Shown: in pieces, positions 12,771 to 27,618 of the stretch
Layout of the letters: each line of letters begins with the position of its first letter
Numbering within the stretch: position 1 is the stretch's first letter
Source of the DNA: Octopus sinensis
Taxonomy: Eukaryota
Direction: 5' to 3'
DNA: 64,000 bases
Assembly: GCF_006345805.1 (NCBI RefSeq)
Contig: NC_042998.1
Location: 141,422,001-141,486,000 of the forward strand
The notes under the pieces: generated by a model
Told to the model about the DNA's origin: nothing
The model's database searches: none
What the model saw: the letters and a program-made list of their open reading frames with translations, nothing else
Made by a program: the position numbers and the translations under genes

Positions 12771-13284
12771 GCAGTAAAAGAATGATCTAGAATTAATTAT
12801 TCAAAATCCAGTGAACTATTTCCTGCCAGACAAGAAACAATATCTAATTCACATAACCATTTTTGAAATATTGCCTATACACAATACTAATGGAACATTG
12901 AACACCAAAAACCTAGTCATAAGACACAGCAATGATGGTTACGGCTGTTGTAGTTTGCCCAAGGATTTCACAATTAATGGACATTCCATTTGTGGCTGTT
13001 TAGTCTTATACAGGAAAACAGGGTAAAGACTAGGGCCTATATCATCTGTGTTCATTTTCTAAGACAGTAGGATGGGATTTGAAGGAATTTTGCTGCTATT
13101 TCTAGCATGTCAAAAGACCATACAGAAGTCGGGCTTCCTTCCATCCTTGGTTCATTGTTGGGGTGCTCACTGCTGGTCATGGATGAAATAGGTGGGTAGT
13201 TGTTGGTAGTAGTAAGAGGGCAAAGTAGGAGGTTAAATACAACAAAGGAATAGAGGAAATTAAATGCATAGCATTAGCTGGAAG

Positions 13285-13330
<46 letters not shown>

Positions 13331-13966
13331 GTATGTATGTAAAACAGTTGTAGTGTGAGAGAGTAGAGAATGGCAGAATGAATGAAAAATGAAAGAGTAG
13401 AGATGAAAGTTTAAAGAAAGTCCATGAGGTAATTTCAAGACAATGGTAGGGGTGGGTGGGGAGAGATGTGAATATGGTATGTGAAGGGGGAAAGAGGCAG
13501 GGTTAAGAGACAATTAGAGAGGGAGTGACAGGAGATGGTAGAAATGGGGAGAGGAGGAAGAGGAGGAGTGCAATACAAAGCAGAGAGAGGGAAGAGCAAG
13601 ACATTGGGAGAATGGGAGAAAGTGGTGAGGGAAGGAGGATTGAGAGAGAGAAAGAGGGAGGGGGAACCAAAGAAAAGTATTGGGGGAGGGGAATGTAAAG
13701 GGAGTTCACTCTCTCTCTCTCTCTATATATATATATAAAGAAATGGGAGACTAGATTAAAACTCACACATCCATACATATAAGACATTTTCTGTAGAGCT
13801 GCCAGAAACATGTCTGAACATAGAGGTCTGACCTAATTTTGAGACACTTACTTCCAGGCTCCAAATTCAGTACCCACCCTCCTCCTCCTTCCACTTCCTG
13901 TCTTATTTTATCATCCACAATAGTAATAGACTATATTAAAATGAGCCTATGCATGTATGTAGGTAC

Positions 13967-14006
<40 letters not shown>

Positions 14007-14079
14007 GAGTGAAATATGGTTGAAAAACACATTCTTGGTTGATGATGATTTGGTAGAAAGTCTAAGACTTATAGTGGTT

Positions 14080-14775
14080 TCACATTTCGGTACAAAGCCA
14101 GCAAGGCAAAGCTGACCTCGGCAAAGTTTGAACTCAGAACGTAAAGAGCCAGAACACAGCTAAGTATTTTGCCCTATGTGCTAACAATACTGTCAATTCA
14201 TTGCTTAATGATGATAAGCATAATAACAATAATAAAAATAATTTTTTTCTAATATAGGCACAAGGCTTGAAATTTTGGAGGAAGGAGTAGTTGATTACAT
14301 CAACCCCCAATACCTGACAGGTACTTTATTTTATCAACCCCGAAAGGATGAAAGCAATGTTAACCTCAGAAGCATTGGAACCCAGAATGTAAAATCAGAA
14401 GAAATGCTGCTAAGCATTCTGTTTGGAATGCTATTGACTGTACCAGCTCATAACAACAACAACAACAACCCTTTCTACTATAGGCACAAGGCCTGAGATT
14501 TGGGGAATGGAGATAGTTGATTACATGGACCCAGTACTCAACTAGTACTTATTTTACTGACCCTGAAGGGATGAAAGACAAAGTTGACCTTGATGGCATT
14601 TGAACTCAGAACACAGCGACGGGCGAAATACCACTAAGCATTTCATCCTGCATGCTAATGATTCCACCAGCTTGGGGTCACAGTAGAAGACATTTGCCCA
14701 AGGCTCCACATGGTGGGATTGAACCTAAAACCAGGTGGTTGCAAAGTGAACTTCTTAACCACACAGTCCTGCTTG
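14080..14775 (-). mobile_element. Cluster of three GGCGGCGAG-head SINEs plus one ggctgtgtgg-head fragment
   Basis: Repeated ..tttgaactcagaac..ctaagcattt..gctaa.. blocks separated by (AAT/AAC)n. Confidence 0.8.
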
Positions 14776-15412
14776 AACATTGAAATAAAATTAAATGTTT
14801 GAAGGTAGACAGTTGTGCATACTGACAGGAAACAGCTACAGTATGAAAGTTAATGTTTAAGGATTTGGAAAACCCAAAAGGTAAAGTATGACAAAAGATG
14901 GATAATTCCATCGAGTATTTAGAATAAAAGATGAAGTGAGTCATAAAATGGTAATTTGACCAGTGCCATCCCATCCCCAAAATAAGTAAAGCAAATGGAC
15001 TTGGAATGTCCATACATACATATATACTGATACCCACCCACCCACACAGAATCCATTCACAAAAACAAACACACTAAAATTTAAAATAAAAAGATAAGAG
15101 TAATATGTTTAACCATTCACAATTTCAGAGAATTCATTGGATTACACAAGCACTGCTGCGCATGCTATCTCTCTCTCTCTCTCTAAGACATTCTCATATT
15201 TCCATAAATATAAATGTAGAAACTGTAGACTATGTAACAAACCAGAGGCTACCAGCAGTAACAAAGCATGGTCATTGATGAGCTCACAAACGGTGATGAA
15301 GAACTGACAAACTTAGCTGATTGATTGACCAAATTATTTATCAAACAATAAATAATTAGTTAAATGGTTAACTACTTGATTAATGATGATGATAATAATA
15401 ATAATAATAATA

Positions 15413-15621
15413 ATTCTTTCTACTAACGTTACAAGGCCTGGAATTTGAGAGGAGGGGGAATGGTTGATCACATCAACCCCAGTACTTGACTGGTACATAA
15501 TTTATCAAGCCCGAAAGGATGAAAGGCAAAATCAACCTTGGCAGAATTTGAACTCAGAACAAGAAGATGGACGAAATTCTGCTTAGCATCTTGCCCAGCA
15601 TGCTAATGATTCTGCCAGCTT
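15413..15621 (-). mobile_element. GGCGGCGAG-head SINE
   Basis: ccccagtacttgactggtac..cccgaaaggatgaaaggcaaa..tgctaatgattctgccagct. Confidence 0.85.
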
Positions 15622-17458
15622 CAATGAATTAATTATAATAATAAAGAAGTGAAATAAAACCATTGCATGTGTTTATTATTGGCATAATGACCTTCCCAAG
15701 ATACAAAAAAAAAATCTGTTTCACCACAATTTCACATCAAGAATCTTGCAAGGCAAATGCAAAAATATAATGCAAGAATATAAAATACATATTGAAATAC
15801 TGTCAAGTATTCTTTGCAACAGGACTTTTACCTGTACTTCATTTTACATTATTCCAAGGGAGGTATAAGATGCTTTGGTGACACTGATTTGATGCTGACT
15901 TATTTGCCATCAAACATTTTAAAGTTTCTCTTGTTCTCCTCACCCCAATTTGTTTCTCTGTTTATGTGTGAGAGCAAATTTCTTATTATGTGGACAAGGA
16001 GAGGGAAAGTGCTAATGTCAGTAATGTTCAATAAATAAATTCGAATGTCTCTCTCTCTCTCACTTATTCTAGCTGCATGTGTATTTGTGTGTGCATGCAC
16101 ATGTGTGAGTGTGTTTATGCTTGCCTCCAGTGTCAAAATGTACTATTGCCAAATCAGACTGAATGTCCAGTCATTGCATCCAAACAGCTGTGCCAAACCA
16201 TCTAATTCTGTCTCAAGGGACATGTATTCTGGGAACATGAGCCTGGCTTGATTTTACATCACAAGAGTATAGGGCTGAAAAGAAAACTGTAATATTATTT
16301 TTGTTTGCTTCCTGCTGGTGCTGGAAGAGAATGGTGCTTGACCACACACAGAAGAGCTGACAGAGATGGTAAACAGATTCTACTTTAAATCTCTATCAAA
16401 AATATAGCCTCTTTCATAAGACATAGCTGGATGTCTGCCAGATCACTGAGAACTCTAGCATGGCTGAGCAAAGTGTGATCAGTGAACTATGTCAATATAC
16501 ACAGAGAAAAAAAAAACTGCTGTTTTAGCTACAGTCAATGTCTCTTTTCTTTTTTTATCACCATTTCGGTAAGTTGGCACACAGTCTTTTAGGTTTCGGA
16601 AAAAGAAAACATTGAAGTGGCAGGTCACTAAAACTTGGACATATTAGCTGTTAATTTTCCTTTTCCTTTTTTCTTTTTTAGTTGTCACAAAACTCAATAG
16701 GAACCAGAGATAAAGCAGAGTCAAAATAATCAGTATTTATATCTGACATTGTACACACATAGTTGTTGTTTGGAGCCCCAGGTCAACAGTTGAACTGCGA
16801 ATGAGACAGACCTATGATCAAAGATGTTCCATCCTGCACTTTTTTTTAAAACTAGGTGTGTTTCTCAGACTACTTCATTCAATGTATCTCCTGGTAGTTC
16901 AAAGGAGATTTTGCTGTTATTTCTAACAAGTCTATATAAATGTTTCATCTTGTAGTGTAAATCCTATAAAGATTTCTATTTTTTTCTTCTATAATCAATA
17001 TTTGTAAAATTCTTGTGGAAACTTCGGTTATAAGCAAAAACCTTTCTTATATACCAATATATCTTTGTTTTAAATAAATGTAGTTTCCAATGCCATGTCT
17101 CTGCCAATGTTATATGCCAATGCCTCTTATTTGTAGTGCAAAGACAAGAGCGTTCTTTCTCTTTAGATAAATACATATAAATATATAATACTATAAATGA
17201 CAAGATATTATATAAAGCTCCAAATGATGTCAGAAACATATTCTAACTCTTTCAAGAAAATATTGGTGATGCATTACAGAATCCATCTAAATTCACTTTA
17301 TGTCGCATCATTTTCATGAGTTTGACCGAAATGTCTGGTTTAGTTGGTAGGTAATAAGTATTGGTACTATATTATTGCATAATATATTTTTGTGAGACCT
17401 TAGATTATCAGCCAAGTATCCTGTGCATCACATATGATGTGTTGTGTGTGTATGTATG

Positions 17459-17498
<40 letters not shown>

Positions 17499-18313
17499 TA
17501 AAATATTTATATATTATACATGTTTCACACATTCTGAATTATATAAGTTTCTTTTTATAAGTCCCAAGTTACTCCAGGGTCAGATAAAGATTTGGAATGA
17601 GTATCATACATGCTGCATGGATGCCAGAGTGACATGTCCTGTGTACCACAAATGAAAGACAGGACAGGAAAGGAGCTAAAAAAACCCAAAAAGCAATGAA
17701 GCAAAACAAAAACAACACTATAATAAATCATTTAAATAAAATCTTTCAATTTAGATCAAAGACAACTTAGTTAAACAGAGCTAATTAGCAAAATTAGAGA
17801 GTATGGAGAAACACTACCATCACAACTCTTATACATCTAGATAGGAGTACAACCAAACAGCAGGGGGCCTTCTACTAAAGAAAGACAACTAAATCCTTGG
17901 CACTTAATAGGGGTCCATGCACACACACACACACAGAGTATGCATCAGTGGAGTGGACAGGATCTTTTGTTTTATTATTTTTGTTCTGTGGTAGCAAACC
18001 TTTTTATTTAATGCCAGCCACTTTGATAAATTGCAGAAACATACAAGCCTTGTGGCGTCAAAATCAGGGGAACAGGGAGAAAGGGAGGGATCAAGAAAGG
18101 CCCAGCCCTCTGCCACAAATAAACAATAGCTTATAAGAATAAGTGCATACAGGGGGCAGGGGATGGAGCCGCCAGCACTCTGGTGTCAGTCCCTTTATGT
18201 GTGTGATGGAGAAAGGGACAGGGAGAGAGATAGATATAAAGGGGAAAACAGAGATGGGGAGAGACAGAAAGAGGGAGCATAGAAGGAAATAAAGGACTAA
18301 TGATGGACTACAC

Positions 18314-18363
<50 letters not shown>

Positions 18364-18857
18364 CAGGGAATTATTTCAGAGACCTGCCTGTATCAGCCTC
18401 TTAAAAAGAACAGCATAACATACAGCTGGTTAGTTCCACTGAGGGTAGAGAATGAAGTGAGTGAGAGTGTGTGTTGAAGAGAAGAAATGGAATCAGAATA
18501 GGCTGAGGTTGGACAGAACAGATAACTAAGAAGGAATGAAGAATGGGTAACAATGGAGATAGATAGATAGATAGATAGAGAGTGAGAGAGAGAGGGGAGG
18601 GGAGCTGTTCTTGCATTATGCAAGATTTATCAAAAAGTATGATATGACAATACAAATGAATATCGGTCAGTTTTATGGCTTTATGCCCTAGTGTAACTAT
18701 GATGGCATAAAGTCATGATGTAACTCAAAGCAAGCTATTTTGTGTGACTCTAAAGATAATACTGGATTTCAGAGCTGTTTTATCTAAAACAAACTTGAAC
18801 ATTTTACCAGACAGAATTTAAAATGTTAACTACAAAAATGAAGTCTCATTGGAAGCC

Positions 18858-19034
18858 TTAACTCTTTGGCATTTAAATTGACCCGATTCAGACTCTCACA
18901 CCTATCCTACAATGTCATTCTAAAAATAATTCACATCTTCAAAATTTTGAATCTGTGATAATGCATGATTAATTCAAAACAATGTCAATAAATAAGCATT
19001 ACATTTGACAGTAATTTGAATACCAAAGGCTTAA
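18858..19034 (-). mobile_element. piggyBac-type MITE
   Basis: TTAA at both ends, ctttggcatt / aataccaaagg TIR remnants; same body as 63614-63841. Confidence 0.75.
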
Positions 19035-19129
19035 CAGTAAAATTATGTAGTTATATATTTTGAGAGATGAGGCGATTTGCTGTACAAGACATGTCAAGTT
19101 AAGTAAAGTCATTGCCTTCCACACATACA

Positions 19130-19671
19130 AGCTTGCCCTTTCAGGTGCCAGTGCCACTTATAAAGCACCTGTGCCAGTGCTGCATTAATGCACCCATGCC
19201 AGGTGTGTTCTGAACTCAGAACATGAAGATGGACAAAATGCTGCTAAGCATTTTCCCTGTTGAGCTAATGATTCTGCCAGCTCACTGCCTTAATTTCACC
19301 CTAGTATATAGGAGCAATGAATGCCATTTGTAAGAACAGTGACTCTTTGTTTACAAACAGAACATATATGTCAAGACAAGGAATATGGACTCACTTGTGC
19401 AAATACACACATACATTTCTACTTCTCTCTCTCATCGTCATCATCAATCAGTGCCTGTTTTCTATGCTGGCATGGGTTGGATAGTTTGACTGGAGCTGGT
19501 AAGGCCAAGACAAACACCATTGTTCGGGCATGGTTTCAACAGCTCGTTGCCCTTCCTAACTCCAACCACTAACATCAGAAGGTACTATGTACATTTATGT
19601 GGCACCACCACTGCTATCAATTTTGCAGTGGAGAACAGGTCTTCTTGAGTACAACAGCATGATGAATACGT

Positions 19672-19704
<33 letters not shown>

Positions 19705-21752
19705 GGAGTTCTTTCTATTTCCTTTTACCAAATTACATTTATAAGGTACTGGTTGACCAGCAGCTATCATGGGATACTAGCCAACAGATTCCATGCCCCA
19801 GACCTGAAAAGTACACCACCGTCTTAAAAGCAGAAAAACACTTTGAATAATGCAGTCCAAGATACATTGTGAATAAAAAAAGAATATCATGATGATCATC
19901 ACTGGCATGGTATCCTCCAACATCTTAATGTCTACTTTTCCATGCTTGCATGGGTCAGAGTTTGTCAAGGCAGGTTTTCCTCAGTTGAGTACCCTTTCTG
20001 TTACTAACCCTCACCTGTTTCCAAGCAAGCTAATAGTTCCCCATAGCCAGATATGTTCTCACAGAATATTGGAAATGTTGATTTCAAATTTTGGCACAAA
20101 TCCAGCAAGTTCGAGGGAGGGTTTGAGTTGATTACACTGACCCCCAGTACTCAACTGGAACTTATTTTATCGACCTTGAAAGGATAAAAGACAAAAAAAT
20201 CAACCTTGGTGGAACTTGAACTCAGAACATAAAGACAGACGTAATGCTGCCAACAGTTCTGCCAGCTTGCCCTTTGAATAATGGAAATGAATGACACTGA
20301 CATTCGTTTACCAACTATCAAGACAAGAAGACACACATACATACACAGAGGCTTTTTTTAGTTTCTGTCTACCAATTCTACACACAAAGTCTTGTTTAGA
20401 TAATGGCTATAGTAGAAGTCATTTGCCCCAGGCAGCATGCACTAGGACTGAACTAAGAACCATGTGGTTGGAAAACAAACTTCTTAATCATATGGTCATG
20501 GCAACACAAATCTAGCAAATTATGACTGATTTAATCAATGACATTTGAAAGGAGATCTGTGCTAAATGTATAAGGTTTCCAATTTGGAAGATTAATTCAG
20601 TTTTACAGATTAGTAAGAGTATGCAACCATGTAGATATCTATTAAAAATTCATGTCTAATGTTTGAATTGGGATATTCAAACCAAATAGGCATTAACATG
20701 GCTGTGTAGCAAAGAAGTTCGCTTCTCACTCACATGCTTCTGGGTTCAGTCTCACTGCATGACACCTAGGACAGATGTCTTCTACTGTAGTCCTGGGCCA
20801 ACCAAAGCCCTGTGAGTGAATTTAGTAAAGAGAAACTGAAAGAAGTCTATTGTATGTGTTGTACATGTTTGTGTGTATGTGTGTTAACCTTGACACCAAG
20901 TGACAGCTGTCATACAAGAAGAGTCATTTTTCCCATCTACCATGGGAACATGTTGAGTTATGGAGAAATAATGCCTGTGTCAGCACAGTTGGAATGAAGC
21001 AAATTTTTTAATCATATAGCCAAGTTTTATACAATCCATCAGTTAGTACTTATTTTAATCATACTGGTTAAGAAGTTTTGCTTCTCAACCTCATGGTTTT
21101 GGGTTCAGTCCCACTGTGTGGCTCTATAGGTAAATGTCTCCTACTATAGCCTTGGGGGCCACCCAAAGCCTAGTGAGTGGATTTGGTGGATGGAAACTGA
21201 AAGAAGTCAATCATATTTGTGGAGGTATGTGTGTTAGTGGTTAGTGTGTTGGACTCATGATTGTAAGATTGTGGTTTTGATTTCTGGACCAGGCGACACG
21301 TTGTGTTCTTGAACAAAACACTTCATTTCACATTGCTCCAGCTGATAAAAATGAGTAATCTTGTGACAGACTGGTATCCTATCCATGTGGGGAATTTATA
21401 TGCCATGGAGACCAGAAAACTGGCCCCTATAAGTTGGCATGACTGGAGATGGTAACTTAAAAAAAAATTTTTTTTTAATATATTTTGATGTGAGTATGCA
21501 TGTGTGTGTTACTATCTCCTTACCATGACATTGTGTGATTGTTATAAGTGAGTGTCACTGACATACAGTTTCATTCATTTCCAATATTCCATGGAAACAA
21601 TGTCTGGCCAGTGGGGAGGTATTACCTTGCATGGAAACAGGTGAGGGTTGGCAACAGGAAGAGCATTGTAGCTTAAGTTATTCTACCTCAACAAACTCTA
21701 TCCAACCCAGACAAGCATGGAAAAATGGATGTTAAAAAACAATGATGATGAT
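19130..21752. mobile_element. Dense nested cluster of decayed SINEs of at least four families
   Basis: Includes 19205-19292(-), 19436-19640(-), 19915-20075(-), 20085-20275(-), 20345-20510(-), 20695-20970(+), and 21065-21752(+) interrupted by another tRNA-head SINE at 21221-21460. Confidence 0.7.
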
Positions 21753-22731
21753 GAGGTTAAGGTAACTTTGGCATTGAAGAGAACAGTGTATCCAATTGAA
21801 TATCTATTGCTGTACCAAACTGTAGAATAATTTGATATTACCTTGCGCTTTAGGTTAGCTTTAAACAACAACTGTAGGTTTTGGTGAATTATTACATTAC
21901 TGAACATGAATTCCTGGTGAAATCTTGAGATAACGAGGAAGAAGGGGAAGAGGATTATAACTGAACACCCTTATGGCTTGCAGAAAATTTGCTCCAATGA
22001 TGCAAAACTGTGACATCTCATCCTTAACAGTAATTGGATAGTGACCACAGAACTGTTGCAGCCAAATCAATAATCACACACACACGACAGTACACAGACA
22101 GACATAGTACACTCACACACACATATATACAGAAGGAACATTGCAATGTGGAAATCACCAAAATATTTTACTCTCCTGCTATATTATATTTCTGGGTTAT
22201 TTAAACTGCAATCTATGCAGGCAAAGGGATTCCCCCCCACCAAGCTATTTCATAAATGAACGGTTGCTAAGCAAGTCACCTGCTGTGGTGCTCAGACTAA
22301 TGTTTAAATTTACAGCTCTGTCCACCCATTGCAATACGATTAAAAAGCAAAAAAGAAGACAACCACACTATCTTGTTTACAAATGTGTTCAAAAATGTTT
22401 GAAAATAGTCCCTGAATGCCAGCCACTTATCTTGTATCCAAGCTAAGAACATAGACACATACGGTAGATTCTGCTGTTGTAAACAACAGACAAAGGTTCT
22501 GCAACTTCTTGTTGAACAACCTGTGTAGATGATTTGTTTACAGTACTCAAATATTTGTTCAGTATATTAGCTCACTCCAGCCAACAAGTCAGCATTACCT
22601 GTACAGGTGCACAGTGCACCACACATCAGATGTTAAAGTGTTGCTCAAGAACACAAAGCACTGCCTGGTACAGGAATTGAAACCACAATCTTGTGATTGT
22701 GAGTGCAACTCCTTAACTGCAAGGATATGCT

Positions 22732-22768
<37 letters not shown>

Positions 22769-23590
22769 GTGTGGACAATGCATGATTAATTTGAAAACAA
22801 TGGGAATACAAGAGTATTATTTTGACAGAATTATATGAATGCTAAAGGGTTAAAATATCTGTATTTTGAGAATGAAGCAAAAGTAGATAATTATATCTAA
22901 ACCTTACATAAGAAAAGTTTTTAAAAAATGAAAAGGAAAATGCTGTATACAAAGCAGGTTAAGTGTGTCTATGCAGAAATAGGCAGACATGGCTGTGTGG
23001 GTTTGATTTCCACCCTATTGTGTGGCACCTTGGGCAAACATCTTTAATTACAAGAAGTCTTTCATATATATGTATCTATTGTGTGTGTGTGTGCGTGTGC
23101 TTTCAATTACACTTCTCCAAAACTCACTGATCTCCAATCAGTGCATTTGTTGTCATTTCCCCTGTCAACAAATTAATTGTCTGCTGGTTTTGTGCCTTGC
23201 AAAGACATGGGATAAGAAATCTCTTACTTGAAAATGTAAAAACAAGTCAAGTTTAGTGACAGGAAGGGCATCCTGGTGTTGTCTGTTTCCAGTATTCAAA
23301 AGTCTGGCCCACAAGAAAATATTAGCTTACATGGAAACAAGTTAGGGGAAGCAACATGAAGGGCATTCAATTGTAGAAAATCTGTAATGATGACACACAC
23401 ACACACACACACACAGAGGTATACATAGACATGTATACATATATGTATATACATCTATCTAATCCAAACTAGCTGAGAAAAACAAACATGAAAATGAAGA
23501 AAGACCAACAGACAAAAGAGGAGACATATCAATAGAAATAAAACTCCAGCTTGGCCACAGTCAACAAATTACAACAAATACATGGATATA

Positions 23591-24427
23591 CAGGGTGTGA
23601 TAGGTACATTGCCACCATTTTATACTTTTAATTTCGCACATACGCATTGTTTGTTTTTGATTTTGTCAACTATACAGTATAGTAGGGTCAGTTGGGCAGC
23701 GTCTGTGAGAAAAACAGTACCATGATGCGATTCACTCTGCCAGAAATTTGGAAATGACATGCTGTACTGCTTGGTATTTGTGCCAGAAGTTCCAGTAGGA
23801 ACATGTACTGAGAGTGATAAAAATCAAACATCTAATCAACATCATGGTGTTTAAAGTGATCACTAGTGATGGCAACATTATACCTGCATTCACCTTACCA
23901 CATGGCCTCTGACTCAACACGGAGACCTACATCAAGGGCCTGGAGGAGGTAGTGTTGCTCTAGGTCAAGAGGGTGACTGCTGGAAGACCCTGTGTCTGGC
24001 AACAGGACTCTGCACCATGCCATGCAAGCAGGAGAACCCAGTCATGGCTGTCAGACAATTTTTATGACCACATCACCCCTAACATCTGGCTACTTAACTC
24101 CCCATACTGCAAGCACCTTGATTAGTATATGTGGGGCGCAGTTGAGTGAGACCAACAAAACTTTTTGCAACATCAAGGATGAACTGAAGGCAACGATTAT
24201 GGCAGCATTCACCAACTTAAATAAAGAGACCATACATAAGAGTTGCAGGAGATGCCGAAGTCATCTGGAGGTTGTGGTTGAAGCCAATGGTGATTTTATT
24301 AAATAAATTTACTCTTTAGTATTTCCAGATATTTTTATGTAATTTTGGTAAATATATCTTAAAATGAGATGTCAGTGTTATTTTAATTTTTGCGTAATTT
24401 AGATGACAATATATTCACCGCATCCTA
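23591..24427 (+). mobile_element. maT-type (DD37D) Tc1/mariner deletion derivative with both ends
   Basis: TA|cagggtgtgataggtacattgccacc ... gatgacaatatattcaccgcatccta|TA decayed TIRs; broken transposase C-terminus (QQDSAPCH..WGAVE..VVEANGDFIK). Confidence 0.85.
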
Positions 24428-24431
24428 TATA

Positions 24432-24479
<48 letters not shown>

Positions 24480-24482
24480 CTA

Positions 24483-24524
<42 letters not shown>

Positions 24525-25559
24525 ATCAGAATTCTGACAAAGATACAACCAATAACAGGAAATGTAAAATACTGGAACAAAAATATAATCATGCTTTGAA
24601 ATATGCTGCCATAGATATATTTATCAACTGTAGACATCAATCTGCAGTATATGAAATAACAGAGAATCAGTGAAAAGCTTTTGTACACTGAATTAGAATA
24701 GAAATATTTATAGAAACGAACATACCAAAGATTTGACCTAGTAGTAAAGACATGTTGAAATGTCAGGATGTATTAGACCAGTAGTTTCATGTGACTAATC
24801 ATTTATTGTTGTTGTTGTTCCCTAGACTGAGTTTTGCCTGAGTCAAATTTGAGTTTCTCTCTATATACAATTTTGGGTTACATAATAGAGGTATTTTTAG
24901 GTGGGCTTCCTTGTCTCAGACACTATTTTAGCTGTCTAAACTTGATATATTTTGAAATAGCTACATTAATCCCATACCATTTAAACTGGCCATATCCAGC
25001 CCAAATATTCTGTCAGTTTTGAGTTCAAACCACCCAGATCCAACCTCTCACACCTGCACTACAGTGTCATTCTAACAATAATAAAATCACATCATCCAAA
25101 ATGTTAAAGCTGAGATAATGTATGATTAATTCAGAACAATGTAAACGAACAAACAAACACTACATTTGACAAAGGAATCTGAATGTTAAAGAGTCAAGTA
25201 AATATATATGCGAGTGTATGTATACATACTCATGCATATAGAAGAGATACACAAAAACACTTGTGTATATATATGTATAGACATATAAATTGAGGATATA
25301 ATCATTAAAATGATTATATCAGTGGCTAGCATATAAAAATCCACCATATCGGTAAAATTTATTTTAAAGTATATAATTATAATTAAGGGTGCTGGAGGGC
25401 CAACGCCAGTCCATTCCCTTGCATTCAGCTTTGTGTTATAAAAAGAGAACAAATTTAGAGTGGCTTGTAGACATTTGACATCTACTTCTAGTGTATTGGT
25501 GTTGGCCCTCCAGCATCCTTAATTATAATTATATTTTTATAATTATATACTTAAATATA

Positions 25560-25613
<54 letters not shown>

Positions 25614-25725
25614 CACACACATATAGAGATACACAAAAGCGGGCGTGTGTATTTTCATATATATACCCACAAACATAGGAAGAGATATGGAACATTATAT
25701 ATAAGTGTGATGTGAGTGAGAATAA

Positions 25726-25930
25726 GTATGCCTGGAGAGAAACTCCTTTACATCAATAGAGGGTCCAGTTATTGAGTTGACAACAATATGATAGAAAAAG
25801 CAATAAGGATATGAAGACAAGGAAAGCTCTTGGTCCATCAGGAATTACTGCTGAGATGCTTAAAATATCTGGTGGAGTGAGATATGGCCAAATGACCTGT
25901 ATTATGATAAGATTGTCTAGGAAGAGAGCG
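25726..25930 (+). mobile_element. RTE-clade LINE reverse-transcriptase N-terminal fragment
   Basis: Translates (with frameshifts) to IEGPVI..MIEKA..DMKTRKALGPSGITAEMLKISGG, like the KAPGPxGIxAExLK motif. Confidence 0.75.
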
Positions 25931-25960
25931 ACGCACAAGACATCAAGAGAATGCTTAGAA

Positions 25961-26513
25961 AGAATAAACCAATAGAAAGTGGAGTATTGTTTTTTACATG
26001 TGCCTGTGATTTGTAGGAGGAAATGTTAGAGTTGTGCAGGGCTGGTCAACCATCAGAGAAGGCAGAGGAATCAACCTCTGGTAAATTGTGGAAAAGAGTT
26101 CTGTTCAGTTAGAGGATTAAAAAGACATGTCAAAAGACCATATATATGCACATGTATGTATATAGTAGCTGCTTTCTTGTAAATGAGCAAAGCCATTACT
26201 AGAAAGAATCAAGAATCAGTAAAATAAGTCTTTGAAAACACAGTTTGAAGTCCTTATATGACTCTTGAGCCCTGCCAAAGATTTGCTCCTTTTTTTACAT
26301 AATGTACAATTGTTCTGGCTGGCAGAAGGATCAGGTCTTTTGACATGTCTTTTTAATCCTCTAACTGAACAGACCACTTTTCCACAATTCACCAGAGGTT
26401 GATTTCTCTGCCTTCTCTGATGGTTGACCAGCCCTGCACGACTCTAACATTTCCTCCTACAAATCACAGACACATGTATAAAACAATACTCCACTTTCTA
26501 TTGGTTTATTCTT
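25961..26513. repeat. Inverted repeat (~180-bp arms 25961-26139 and 26334-26513)
   Basis: gttcagttagaggattaaaaagacatgtcaaaagacc / ggtcttttgacatgtctttttaatcctctaactgaac; arms nearly identical. Confidence 0.95.
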
Positions 26514-26783
26514 CGGATTTTTAAAAAAGTATGCTAGGCCACTGGTTTTAATTGATTAATATGGATTTCTACTCTTATTTAATTTTGAATTAAAAAAATG
26601 TTCTCTAGCTGGTAAATTAACTGCTGTAGTTTATTAACTGCAGAGTAATTTCCGATCTCAGCGCACCAAAGTGAAGGCATTTGAAAGATACACATAAATA
26701 TAATTTGTGGAGCTTTATACATGCTGGATTTCGGTCGCGCGCCCTGTATCTAGTTCTAGAAATTGTATTTCGTAAATGACAGA

Positions 26784-26858
26784 CTATGCTGACGATCTTG
26801 CAGATGTTAGTGTATCCATATACATAAATATTAACAAGTGAAACTAATTAGTACATAG
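26784..26858 (+). ncRNA. Type I hammerhead ribozyme motif, core intact
   Basis: ctatg-CTGACGA-t-cttg..caag-t-GAAAC-taatta-GTA-catag; stem I ctatg/catag; palindromic stem III ACTAATTAGT. Confidence 0.8.
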
Positions 26859-26984
26859 GTAATCGTTTTTATTTCGTATATTTTCACTTGTCTTGCTTAT
26901 TTTTACACTTTGGTTTTTTGCTGAATTTTTTCTTGAGAACACATTCTTCGTGGTAAATGGCGAGTTTGACATCTATTTCTAGCA

Positions 26985-27190
26985 TACAGGCTACATATAC
27001 ATATATAAGTACATACACATACATAAATATGTATATTTGCATATATATATATTTCCATATACATACATATATATGTACATAAATATATACATTCATATAT
27101 ATATACACACACATATATATACATATATATACACATATATATACATATATACATACATATATATATACATACATATATATATACACACAC

Positions 27191-27221
<31 letters not shown>

Positions 27222-27222
27222 C

Positions 27223-27263
<41 letters not shown>

Positions 27264-27348
27264 CATATACATACATACATATACATACATACATATACAT
27301 ACATACATATACATACATACATATACATACATACATATACATACATAC

Positions 27349-27411
<63 letters not shown>

Positions 27412-27412
27412 C

Positions 27413-27446
<34 letters not shown>

Positions 27447-27480
27447 CTTCATATACATATATATATATACATACACATAT
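26985..27480. repeat. Compound TA/TACA microsatellite
   Basis: Direct reading; source of the spurious YVCIYM ORFs. Confidence 0.95.
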
Positions 27481-27618
27481 AAATTTAAAATAATAAGGGT
27501 GAAAAATTGAATATTAATTTGATTAATATCAATTTAAAACCAGTGGTCTAGCATATAGATAAATCTGACGATTCAGAAAATTATATCACATACATATAAG
27601 AGGGATGATATATATGAC

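Noticed and set aside
25961-26513. Hammerhead within IR B/B'
   Set aside because: CTGATGG and CTGGTGA are present, but no properly placed GAAAC/NUH with pairing stems.
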